Source of the DNA: a virus
Length of the DNA stretch: 64,000 nt
Strand: one strand, 5' to 3'
Virus record (IMG/VR): IMGVR_UViG_3300023301_000006
Span: 1 to 64,000 of that record
Part shown: positions 35,089 to 42,797 of the stretch, piece by piece
Layout: each line of letters opens with the position of its first letter
Numbering within the stretch: position 1 is the stretch's first letter
Program-made: the position numbers and the translations under genes
Notes under the pieces: generated by a model
Database searches by the model: none
What the model saw: the letters and a program-made list of their open reading frames with translations, nothing else
What the model was told of the DNA's origin: nothing

Positions 35089-35343
35089 ATTAAATATTTA
35101 AATCATCTACTTGGAAAGAATGTAAGTATTGTTCACGATGATAAAGCGGACCTATTCAAACATAACCTGTATGGTGTGGTAAGAACCATTGGAGGAAACG
35201 ATAAGAATTTGGTATTGCAACTTACCAGCGGAAAAGTTATAAACTTTTCTGAAAGTGGAGAAATAGTTAAAGTTGAATACTCCAATGCAATGATTAGAGT
35301 TACTTATGCTAATGGAGTAAAAAAATTCTTGGATTTCTTTTAA
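35089..35343 (+). CDS. Hypothetical protein with probable ATT start
   Basis: Own promoter and AAGGAG RBS followed by ATT and an 84-codon open frame. Confidence 0.55.
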   Translation: MKYLNHLLGKNVSIVHDDKADLFKHNLYGVVRTIGGNDKNLVLQLTSGKVINFSESGEIVKVEYSNAMIRVTYANGVKKFLDFF

Positions 35344-35344
35344 A

Positions 35345-35645
35345 ATGTTATTGACAAATTACTATAATTTTGATATAATACAAGTATAGTAAAAAAATAA
35401 AACATATTAAATAATAATACGAAAAAAAGTTATTGACGAATTACTTATAATATGATATAATATAAGTATAGTAAAAAAATAAAACATATTAAATAACAAT
35501 ATGAAAAAAAAGTTATTGACAAATTACTTATAATATGATATAATATAAGTATAGTAAAAAAATAATATGAAGAAAAAAATGAGAAGAAGTTGTTGACAAA
35601 TTGAGTAAAATATTATATAATATTTATATAGTATAAAAAAAATAA
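35345..35645 (+). promoter_or_regulatory. Four tandem near-consensus sigmaA promoters (~80-bp repeat)
   Basis: TTGAC(A/G) at 35351, 35433, 35516, 35593, each N17 before TATAAT, with A-rich UP-like tracts. Confidence 0.85.
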
Positions 35646-35669
35646 TATTAAAAAAGGAGTTGGACATTT

Positions 35670-36062
35670 ATGAAAATCACTATCAAAGATGTGTACGCAA
35701 GAATCGAACAGAACTTAGGTATTGACTTAACAGAACAGGGTGAATTAGCAATGAAGCAGTTAGAAGATGAAGCTAATCCATTCTCAGACGCAGACTTCAT
35801 CAAAAAAGGTGATATCGTTATCACTAAAGGTGGAGAAGGTAAGTCATTCATTGTTGTATTAGTTGATGAGAGATTAATCTTAGCTACTTTAGACCCTAAC
35901 TCAGGTAAAAAGCATGACTTGAAAGAAATTAACACTTATAATGCTCATCAAGATAAGAACAAAGTCTTCTTATCTGAACTAAGAAACAAGTTAACTTCAT
36001 TCTCTGATTGTGTTGTTATTGACAAGTGCAGAGTAGATAGTATTGTTGTTAATGTAAAGTAA
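35670..36062 (+). CDS. Hypothetical protein, probably highly expressed
   Basis: Downstream of promoter array, AAGGAG RBS, followed by hairpin near 36080-36110. Confidence 0.75.
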   Translation: MKITIKDVYARIEQNLGIDLTEQGELAMKQLEDEANPFSDADFIKKGDIVITKGGEGKSFIVVLVDERLILATLDPNSGKKHDLKEINTYNAHQDKNKVFLSELRNKLTSFSDCVVIDKCRVDSIVVNVK

Positions 36063-36119
36063 TCTAAGTAAGTAAGGTTCTCTACCCACTCTTTAATTAG
36101 GGTGGGAGAGGTATCAACC

Positions 36120-36148
36120 TTGACAAAAGCACAAGAGTGTGATATAAT
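36120..36148 (+). promoter_or_regulatory. Consensus promoter for the ncRNA/tRNA island
   Basis: TTGACA-N17-TATAAT with extended -10 TG. Confidence 0.85.
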
Positions 36149-36156
36149 ACAAACAT

Positions 36157-36738
36157 GGTCTTTTAAAATTTAGTAATAACCACAACTAACCCAGTGAATA
36201 AAAAGTTTAACTAGCTTTTCTGGGACATATAGAAGATAGAGAGGTACGTTCTAAGGATATTTTGAATGTATAATCTTTTGCAGATAAGTAATTAAAAGCG
36301 AAAAGGAAGAAACTTCCAATTATAATATGTGTTGCAAATCTATTATTGTACTCAAAAGTACAAACCTAGTCGTTGTAATAATCCGTCTTCTAACCGAAGA
36401 TAACCTAAAATCTAGAGCCTATGGACGGCTTGTAGGGACTTAGGAATCCAACGAATACAATCAGTCTTGAACAGAGGAAACTCTGGTATAAGATTAGAAT
36501 TTGGTGCAAGTAGCCCTATGACTAAACAAAATTGGAATAACTTAAAATATAAAGTTATCAAGATGAATAGCGGGTGAAAGTTGCAAGTACACAATCTTGC
36601 TTAGGATTTTATTGGGGTAGAAAGTATGGGGGTAGCTCCTCTGTGCTCATCCTACTCTGCCTAGTGACTGAATATGATATGGTAATAGACTTGTAGAGTG
36701 AAGATTCAGTTGTGATTATTACTAAGTTTTAAAAGACT
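36157..36738 (+). ncRNA. ~580-nt structured RNA, ROOL-like
   Basis: No ORF; the two ends form a ~31-bp helix with G-U pairs; many internal hairpins; size and tRNA-adjacent phage context fit ROOL. Confidence 0.65.
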
Positions 36739-36745
36739 TGTTAAT

Positions 36746-36814
36746 GGGGGTGTAAAGAGGTCGACAGGTGCTTTAGTATACTGGACATGAGTTTAATTCT
36801 CATCACCTCCACCA
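36746..36814 (+). ncRNA. Minimal tmRNA: tRNA-like domain only (69 nt)
   Basis: GGGGGTG/CACCTCC-A-CCA with G3-U70, stemless D-loop ending TCGAC, short P2 hairpin, GGAC then T-arm; no tag ORF. Confidence 0.75.
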
Positions 36815-36821
36815 TAAACTT

Positions 36822-36896
36822 GGGAATATAGTCAAGCGGTTAAGACACTACACTTTCACTGTAGTATCGCAAGTTCGATTCTTGCTATTCTCACCA
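36822..36896 (+). tRNA. tRNA-Glu(TTC)
   Basis: Cloverleaf, CTACA-CTTTCAC-TGTAG, CCA. Confidence 0.85.
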
Positions 36897-36950
36897 TATA
36901 CCTTTTCCCCTTTGTTGTGTGGGAAATTAAATATAGCACAACTACATTAT

Positions 36951-37025
36951 TGCCCTTTCGTCTAATGGTTAGGACGCCAGACTTTCACTCTGGAAACTTG
37001 AGTTCGACTCTCAAAAGGGTAACCA
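36951..37025 (+). tRNA. tRNA-Glu(TTC)
   Basis: CCAGA-CTTTCAC-TCTGG, CCA. Confidence 0.85.
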
Positions 37026-37030
37026 AATAA

Positions 37031-37116
37031 GGAGTAGTATGCAAATGGTTAAGCAAACGGGTTGCTAACTCGTGGCGGTTAAACGCTTGTAGGTTCAAGT
37101 CCTATCTACTCTTCCA
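37031..37116 (+). tRNA. tRNA-Ser(GCT)
   Basis: ACGGG-TTGCTAA-CTCGT, long variable arm. Confidence 0.88.
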
Positions 37117-37120
37117 ATAT

Positions 37121-37198
37121 GTAAATATAGCTCAGTTTGGTTAGAGCATCTGGTTGCCAATCAGAATGTCGTGGGTTCAATTCCCACTATTTACTCCA
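37121..37198 (+). tRNA. tRNA-Gly(GCC)
   Basis: TCTGG-TTGCCAA-TCAGA, U73. Confidence 0.88.
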
Positions 37199-37204
37199 AA
37201 ATAA

Positions 37205-37281
37205 TGCAGAGTGGAACGTTGGTTTTTCCATCGAGGCTCATATCCTTGATTACATGGGTTCGATTCCCATCTCTGCATCCA
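37205..37281 (+). tRNA. tRNA-Met(CAT), possibly initiator
   Basis: CGAGG-CTCATAT-CCTTG. Confidence 0.75.
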
Positions 37282-37284
37282 TAA

Positions 37285-37376
37285 GGAAGGTTACTCAAAT
37301 GGTTATACGAGCGTAGCTTTGAAAGCTAATGTGTCTGAAATACGGCTTGGGGGTTCGAATCCCTCACCTTCTTCCA
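37285..37376 (+). tRNA. tRNA-Ser(TGA)
   Basis: TAGC-TTTGAAA-GCTA, long variable arm. Confidence 0.85.
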
Positions 37377-37382
37377 AAATGT

Positions 37383-37457
37383 GTATGTATAGCTAAAAGG
37401 CTTAGCATTCGGCTGTTAACCGAAAGTATATTGGTTCGAATCCAATTACATACGCCA
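37383..37457 (+). tRNA. tRNA-Asn(GTT)
   Basis: TTCGG-CTGTTAA-CCGAA, G73. Confidence 0.85.
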
Positions 37458-37728
37458 TAAGTCCCACTATGAGGGCATAAAGGCTTTGATGGAAACCCCA
37501 TCTGAAAGAGCGTATGGAAGCTCTAGTGTCTAAATCACATTAGTTTATAGATACGACATTTAAAAACAAATTTTTAAGAAATTGAATTGTGATAGCCTAT
37601 TAAGACTAAGGGCTTAAAATACAGAGTCTCACCATTGGCGGCAACCGAAAGTCGTGGGCTTAATTGCCCTTTCAAGTTATTAGGAACCCATTGGGGCTAA
37701 AGGTTTAAAATAGATAGTCCTATTATAA

Positions 37729-37799
37729 CTAGGTGTGGGATAATGGTTGTCCGCTAGCTTTGGGAGCTAGTGACGGGGGTTCGATTCCTCCCACTTAGA
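37729..37799 (+). tRNA. tRNA-Pro(TGG), CCA not encoded
   Basis: CTAGC-TTTGGGA-GCTAG; acceptor CTAGGTG/CACTTAG. Confidence 0.82.
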
Positions 37800-37924
37800 A
37801 GTGGATATAAGTATATTGTATCTAGTTCTAAGTGCACAATAGTTTTGAGTAAATAAAAAAATGTTGTTGCAAGATTATTCATTTAATGATATAATATAAG
37901 TATAGAAAGAAATAAAAAAAATAA

Positions 37925-38001
37925 GGTCGTCTAATCCAACTGGCAGAGATAATAGGTTTAAGCCCTATCAAGTGTGGGTTCAACTCCCACGGCGACTACC
38001 A
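37925..38001 (+). tRNA. tRNA-Leu(TAA), short variable region
   Basis: ATAGG-TTTAAGC-CCTAT. Confidence 0.8.
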
Positions 38002-38008
38002 ATAATAA

Positions 38009-38082
38009 TGTGATATAGTCAAGTGGTAAGACAATAGACTTTGAATCTATCAGCCTTGGTTCGAATCCAAGTATCACAACCA
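38009..38082 (+). tRNA. tRNA-Gln(TTG)
   Basis: ATAGA-CTTTGAA-TCTAT, U1-A72. Confidence 0.88.
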
Positions 38083-38251
38083 GAATGAAGGAGTAGAGGT
38101 CGCACCTCGAGGTAGGATGAAAGCTATCCGTAAAGGGAAAGCGGATAAATATCTCTGATTGATAGTTAGAGAAAAGTTTTTTGTAGTCTTAATAATACCA
38201 CCAACGCATTGGCTCTAAACGTTGAAAAAAATATAGAGAGCCATTAAGTAT

Positions 38252-38326
38252 GGTGGTTATAGCTCAATGGTAGAGCACATGGTTGTGGTCCGTGCTACTT
38301 GGGTTCGATTCCCAATAATTACCCCA
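38252..38326 (+). tRNA. tRNA-His(GTG)
   Basis: CATGG-TTGTGGT-CCGTG, G-1:C73. Confidence 0.88.
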
Positions 38327-38330
38327 ATAA

Positions 38331-38407
38331 GCTCCAATAGCTCAATCTGGTAGAGCAACTGCCTTGTAAGCAGTAGGTTGTAGGTTCAATTCCTATTTGG
38401 AGCTCCA
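38331..38407 (+). tRNA. tRNA-Thr(TGT)
   Basis: ACTGC-CTTGTAA-GCAGT. Confidence 0.9.
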
Positions 38408-38443
38408 AAATCTTTTCCATACCAAAGGAAAAGTGTTTAATAT

Positions 38444-38528
38444 GGTATAGCTGAGCACTGGTGAGCTCCGCAGACTGTAAATTTGTCGTCGAAAGGCTTT
38501 GTTGGTTCAACTCCAACCTATACCACCA
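38444..38528 (+). tRNA. tRNA-Tyr(GTA)
   Basis: GCAGA-CTGTAAA-TTTGT, long variable arm. Confidence 0.88.
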
Positions 38529-38533
38529 AATAT

Positions 38534-38609
38534 GTTCCAGTAACTCAGTTGGGAGAGTGTCTGCCTTACAAGCAGAAGGTCGTAGGTTCGAGTCCTACTT
38601 GGAACACCA
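38534..38609 (+). tRNA. tRNA-Val(TAC)
   Basis: TCTGC-CTTACAA-GCAGA. Confidence 0.9.
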
Positions 38610-38615
38610 AAATAT

Positions 38616-38690
38616 GCGGATATCGTATAATGCTTATTACCTCTGGCTTCCAACCAGATGACGAGAGTTGAATTCTCTCTATCCGCTCCA
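38616..38690 (+). tRNA. tRNA-Gly(TCC)
   Basis: TCTGG-CTTCCAA-CCAGA. Confidence 0.88.
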
Positions 38691-38713
38691 AATTACTAAT
38701 AGGAGGCAAAGAA

Positions 38714-38806
38714 ATGTGAATATGTGAAAAATGTTCAAAAACTTATAATTATCGTCCAAAAGATGATATTTGTGAGAAATGTACTGCAGATTGTTATTTT
38801 CAATAA
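38714..38806 (+). CDS. 30-aa zinc-ribbon peptide with TGA as codon 2
   Basis: AGGAGG RBS then ATG-TGA-ATA-TGT: M-W-ICEKC...ICEKC. Confidence 0.65.
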
Positions 38807-38824
38807 AAAGGAGGAGGTACTACA

Positions 38825-39145
38825 ATGATGACTGAAGAAGAATTATTTGAAGACTTTGACACTTGAGAAGATAGGTTCTTAGAAGCTTACGAAAATGGTG
38901 TGAAATTTGATGAAAGTCTTATGGGAAATTTAGCTTGGGAAGCAGAAGTACAAAATGAACATGACAAGCTTCGTTGGCAAATAGTAATGGAATCTATATT
39001 CCAAGTCAAGAACAGATACTTTTGTATTGACTGGCAAAAAGGTTTAACAGAGAGCCAAATAGATTCATTCTCAGAACAACCATATGAAGTTGAGAAGATA
39101 GAAAGAGAAGTTACTAAGATGGTTGTTACTTGGGTAAAGAAATAA
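38825..39145 (+). CDS. Hypothetical protein; one TGA=Trp
   Basis: GGAGGAGG RBS before ATG 38825, TGA 38864; paralog of 10692-11024. Confidence 0.7.
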
Positions 39146-39153
39146 CCATATTA

Positions 39154-39230
39154 GGACCTGTAACTCAGTTGATTAGAGTATTCGACTCATAATCGAACGG
39201 TCATTGGTTTAAATCCAATCAGGTCCACCA
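39154..39230 (+). tRNA. tRNA-CAT (Ile2 or elongator Met)
   Basis: TTCGA-CTCATAA-TCGAA; GGACCT acceptor resembles Firmicutes Ile2. Confidence 0.8.
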
Positions 39231-39235
39231 AATAT

Positions 39236-39318
39236 GGGTGTGTAATCTTAAACTGAGCTGAGCTTAGGTGAGTCTCCAACACTCATGATAAAACGTTTGA
39301 TTCGTTACATGCCTGCCA
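39236..39318 (+). tRNA. Atypical tRNA-Trp(CCA)
   Basis: GTGAGT-CTCCAAC-ACTCAT, G73-CCA; enlarged D region and 4-bp T-stem. Confidence 0.65.
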
Positions 39319-39323
39319 ATTAT

Positions 39324-39421
39324 GAGAGTGTATAGCAGTGAAGTACTGTGGCGGTCTTCAAAACCGTACGGCTGAGGTCCAAACTTGGTTTATGAGGGAG
39401 CGTTACCTTCCATTCTCGCCA
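39324..39421 (+). tRNA. UCA-anticodon (opal-reading) tRNA with long variable arm
   Basis: GCGGT-CTTCAAA-ACCGT (TCA at 39358-39360), acceptor GAGAGTG/CATTCTC, G73-CCA, non-canonical T-loop AGCGTTA. Confidence 0.85.
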
Positions 39422-39459
39422 ACAATAAATGTTTGCGGAGCATACCAAAACCGTTTTAA

Positions 39460-39590
39460 TAGTGTGGGAAGTCCAGAGAGTGGACGCTTAAGACAATAAT
39501 GTGAGTTAAATAAAGGTGGGTAATCGTCTTTCCTTGTGAAGATTGAACCACTTTAACTCGATGCTAGGTTAAAATCCTAGCCCCACTACA
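39460..39590 (+). ncRNA. tRNA-like RNA with expanded central domain
   Basis: End pairing TAGTG..GGG/CCCACTA, D-like hairpin GTCCA/TGGAC, T-arm GCTAGG-TTAAAAT-CCTAGC, no normal anticodon arm. Confidence 0.5.
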
Positions 39591-39699
39591 TATACATATA
39601 AACATACACTCTTAATAAATTAAATCTAAATGAATTTGGAAACAGCTCTCTATTAGGAGAAGAGTTGTACAACATAAAAATTTACCAAGGAGGAAGATT

Positions 39700-40215
39700 A
39701 TGACAAATTTAAAGAGGAATACAAGTGCTTTACTGGTAGTATTGGGTTTATTAATGCTAGGTTTACTAACTGGGTGTGGTGTAAACCAAATTGAGCCAAA
39801 AGAAACTGAAGTCGAAGTAGAGGAACCTACGGTCGAAGTAGAAGAAACTGAGGTTGCATTAGAAGACAGAGGTGTTGCCGCAAGTGATATATACACTCCA
39901 GAAGTGTTAGCCGCTTTTAGAAAGACTTGTGATACTTTTGAGAATAAACCAGAGAATGTAAGAGCAATGCAAAAGAAAATTGCCATCGAAGATTGGACTG
40001 AAAACGGTGTAACTGATTGGGATATGGTTGATTATATAATTGAAAAACAGATGGAAAACTACCATTGGTTCTTAAGTGAAGTAAATAGAACTGACTTTGA
40101 CGGAACAGTTAATGAAGAAATAATAATAATGTCACTTGCTACATGGTCATATGATTTTGAAATGATTAAATATGACTATGAAAAACAAGTAACAGCTTAT
40201 TTAAAAGTGAATTAG
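39700..40215 (+). CDS. Lipoprotein
   Basis: Signal peptide with LTGC lipobox, acidic linker, internal repeat DxxMxxYxxEKQxxxY. Confidence 0.75.
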   Translation: MTNLKRNTSALLVVLGLLMLGLLTGCGVNQIEPKETEVEVEEPTVEVEETEVALEDRGVAASDIYTPEVLAAFRKTCDTFENKPENVRAMQKKIAIEDWTENGVTDWDMVDYIIEKQMENYHWFLSEVNRTDFDGTVNEEIIIMSLATWSYDFEMIKYDYEKQVTAYLKVN

Positions 40216-40224
40216 GAGGAGATT

Positions 40225-40767
40225 ATGTCAAAGGGAAAAATGAGAGAATGTAAATCATGTGGAAAAGAAATTTCAGCAAAAGGTAAAGTTACTTGTCCAG
40301 AATGTGGAGCAGTAAATAAAAAGGCAATATATAAGAGAGCTTGGTTTATTATATTAGCTGTTTTAATAATCATGGGGGTATTAGGCTCTGGTGTGGAAGA
40401 TGAGGCACAGTTGGCTGATGCAACTCCAAATAGTCAAAATGAAGAAGAGATTGAAGTAACTGAAGTTAATATAGGAGAACTTTATGATGAATTAGAAGAC
40501 AATGCTTTAAAGGCTTCTAATACTTATAAGGGGAAATATATCCAAACAACTGGTAAATTAAGTAGTATTGATAGTTCTGGCGGTTATTTTACTTTAGAGC
40601 CTCTAGGTGGAGATTACATGTTTCAATCATTGCAGTGTCATATTAAAGAGAAGCACTTAGAACAAGTAATGGAATTTAACTCAGGACAAGAAGTAACTAT
40701 AAAGGGTAAAGTTACTATGGTTGGAGAGTTTTTAGGCTACAGTGTAGATGTCGAAGTTATTGAATAA
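40225..40767 (+). CDS. Zn-ribbon + TM + OB-fold (tRNA_anti-like) membrane protein
   Basis: CKSC...CPEC, YKRAWF TM, NALKAxxxYKGK, GQEVTIKG. Confidence 0.75.
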   Translation: MSKGKMRECKSCGKEISAKGKVTCPECGAVNKKAIYKRAWFIILAVLIIMGVLGSGVEDEAQLADATPNSQNEEEIEVTEVNIGELYDELEDNALKASNTYKGKYIQTTGKLSSIDSSGGYFTLEPLGGDYMFQSLQCHIKEKHLEQVMEFNSGQEVTIKGKVTMVGEFLGYSVDVEVIE

Positions 40768-40780
40768 TTAGGAGGAGATT

Positions 40781-41182
40781 ATGTCAACTAATGCCAATGT
40801 TAAGTTTTACAACGATGGTCAGTTCGTTGCAAATATGTATAAGCACTGGGACGGTTATCCAGAAGGTATTCTTCCTGTATTGTTGAGAAATATCGCATTA
40901 AAAGAAGAAACACAGGGGATTTCTGAAAATGCAACTATAAAAACACACTACAATGGATTTGGTTGTCTAGTTGCTCAAATTATAAAGGGATTCAAAAAAG
41001 GCATAGGTGATGTTTACTTAGAGCCAGAGGGAGATTCATCAGAATTCAATTACATTATTGATTACAATAAGGGTGAACTTAATTTTAGGGCTTATCATTA
41101 TGATGAATTAATTTTTGATGGTGGTCTTGATACATTAATAGACAATTCAAGAGACCCCATGTACTGGCGTGAATTACGGTAA
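40781..41182 (+). CDS. Conserved phage protein (YxHxDGYP family)
   Basis: MSTNA...YKHWDGYPEG. Confidence 0.75.
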   Translation: MSTNANVKFYNDGQFVANMYKHWDGYPEGILPVLLRNIALKEETQGISENATIKTHYNGFGCLVAQIIKGFKKGIGDVYLEPEGDSSEFNYIIDYNKGELNFRAYHYDELIFDGGLDTLIDNSRDPMYWRELR

Positions 41183-41356
41183 TTAATCCAATGGAATAGG
41201 ACATATAAATACAATTATCTTAAGAGCCTATTCTTAAAAAATAGGTTCTTTTTTTTATTTGACAAGTCATAGGTTTTGTGTTATAATATATGTATAGTAA
41301 GATAATTGAAAAGAGCAATTGGTCTTTCTATATAAGAATATCTTTAGAAAGGAGGT

Positions 41357-41596
41357 ATGGACATGAAAGAAGACGTTTTAAAGAAAGTAGATAAGTTATC
41401 AGAACTGGTAAGAGAAATAGAAAGTCTCTATGTCGAAGTAGAGTCTATGTTCGATGAGCAATACGCAGAAGATTTTATCGAAGACGAAATAGAAAAGCAA
41501 CAAGATGTCCTTTCCTCTTTATATGACTTGAAGTCTATGTATGGCGACGCTTATAAACAGTATTGCATAATTTCAGAAGAGTATGAAGAAGAATAG
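41357..41596 (+). CDS. Acidic coiled-coil hypothetical protein
   Basis: Own promoter, RBS and terminator (41604-41629). Confidence 0.65.
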   Translation: MDMKEDVLKKVDKLSELVREIESLYVEVESMFDEQYAEDFIEDEIEKQQDVLSSLYDLKSMYGDAYKQYCIISEEYEEE

Positions 41597-41758
41597 ATTG
41601 AGTAAGCCTCTAGTGTGGAGGCTTTTTTTATGAGAAAAATGTAGGTCGGAACGATTTTGTAATCTTTAATTTACATAGAATGTTATTGTAATTTTGTTCA
41701 TTTTTTGATATAATATAATTAGAAGATAAAAAAGAAAAATAAAAAGAGAGAAGGTGTT

Positions 41759-42091
41759 ATGATGATTTTGCGAAGTTTTTTATTCGAGAGAGACATAACA
41801 ATTATTAGACCAGAGAGTAAGAAACAAGCCGAAGAACTAATGTTGGAGCTAAGCAGGAATGGTATTCGTTGGAATGGCGGTCGTTCGTTATTAGATGAAA
41901 TGCACCTCCATACACGAAATAGGGAGTTCGCGTATTTACTCCAAAAATCTAGTGAAGGAGTATACTCTCTTACTCGTGGGTATTATTGGGGTTACCTTGA
42001 AGATATGAAAAAATATAAAAGATATCCTAGTGGTTCTATATACTCTTATACCAACGTTGTGGTAGGTAGCTTCATTTATAGTGTTATATAG
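41759..42091 (+). CDS. YxEV-tag protein, family A
   Basis: ELxxxGIRWxGGxSL; ends IYSVI. Confidence 0.7.
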   Translation: MMILRSFLFERDITIIRPESKKQAEELMLELSRNGIRWNGGRSLLDEMHLHTRNREFAYLLQKSSEGVYSLTRGYYWGYLEDMKKYKRYPSGSIYSYTNVVVGSFIYSVI

Positions 42092-42104
42092 AAGGGAGGT
42101 AGTA

Positions 42105-42467
42105 ATGCAAAAATTAAAAAAATTTAAACTTGACAAAAACGAAAGCTTTGTTGTTCACGTTATTGATGAAGAACAAGGGGAAGTCTTATTACGCATTTTA
42201 GACTCCATGGGATTTAAGTGGAGTGGAGGATTCTCCTTATTAGAAGAGACACATTATAAAGATAAGTCAAGTATCGCTTACGAGATACAGGAAGGAGAAG
42301 GCAATTTTGTGGTCTACTATTCTTCATTAGGGTTTTATGAAAGATACTACGAAGTTAATTGTAAAAAGTACACACATGCTCTTGAAAATCCAGTAAGATT
42401 AGAAGCATACAAAATTTATTCATTCGAAGATGCGATTTCAAGAGACAGTATATATCAAATTATATAA
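42105..42467 (+). CDS. YxEV-tag protein, family A
   Basis: GFKWSGGxSL; ends IYQII. Confidence 0.7.
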   Translation: MQKLKKFKLDKNESFVVHVIDEEQGEVLLRILDSMGFKWSGGFSLLEETHYKDKSSIAYEIQEGEGNFVVYYSSLGFYERYYEVNCKKYTHALENPVRLEAYKIYSFEDAISRDSIYQII

Positions 42468-42542
42468 AAATAGTTATTGTAATTTCGCTTATTTTTTGAT
42501 ATAATATAAGTATAAGATAAAAAAAATAAAAGGAGTGAAAAA

Positions 42543-42797
42543 ATGTTTGGTATTCATTGTGAGGTAGCAAAAGGAAAATATGACTTCCCTATAAAAATAT
42601 TATACATATTTGATGAGAAGTTTGAAGGAGAAAAAAACTGGGACAATTTCTATAGAATTTTAAACACTAGATTTGGTATTAGAAAAGTAAAAACTCTCGA
42701 GACATTTATTTTTGAAGATTACAATAAAGTTTCATTTAAATATGGTGGATACATAAATCTATCTTCTCACTTAGAAAGTTTTGATATTGAAAAATAA
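42543..42797 (+). CDS. Hypothetical protein
   Basis: Promoter + RBS. Confidence 0.6.
   Translation: MFGIHCEVAKGKYDFPIKILYIFDEKFEGEKNWDNFYRILNTRFGIRKVKTLETFIFEDYNKVSFKYGGYINLSSHLESFDIEK

Noticed and set aside
37460-37725. RNase P RNA, hammerhead or HDV-like theta ribozyme
   Set aside because: Could not find GAGGAAAGUCC, CUGAUGA or the nested double pseudoknot by eye; left unassigned.
38090-38165. Lysine riboswitch (AGAGGTCGC...AAAGGG resemblance)
   Set aside because: Too short, lacks the remaining helices, and no downstream CDS.
38319-38671. ORFs overlapping the tRNA cluster
   Set aside because: They overlap clear tRNA genes and lack RBSs.
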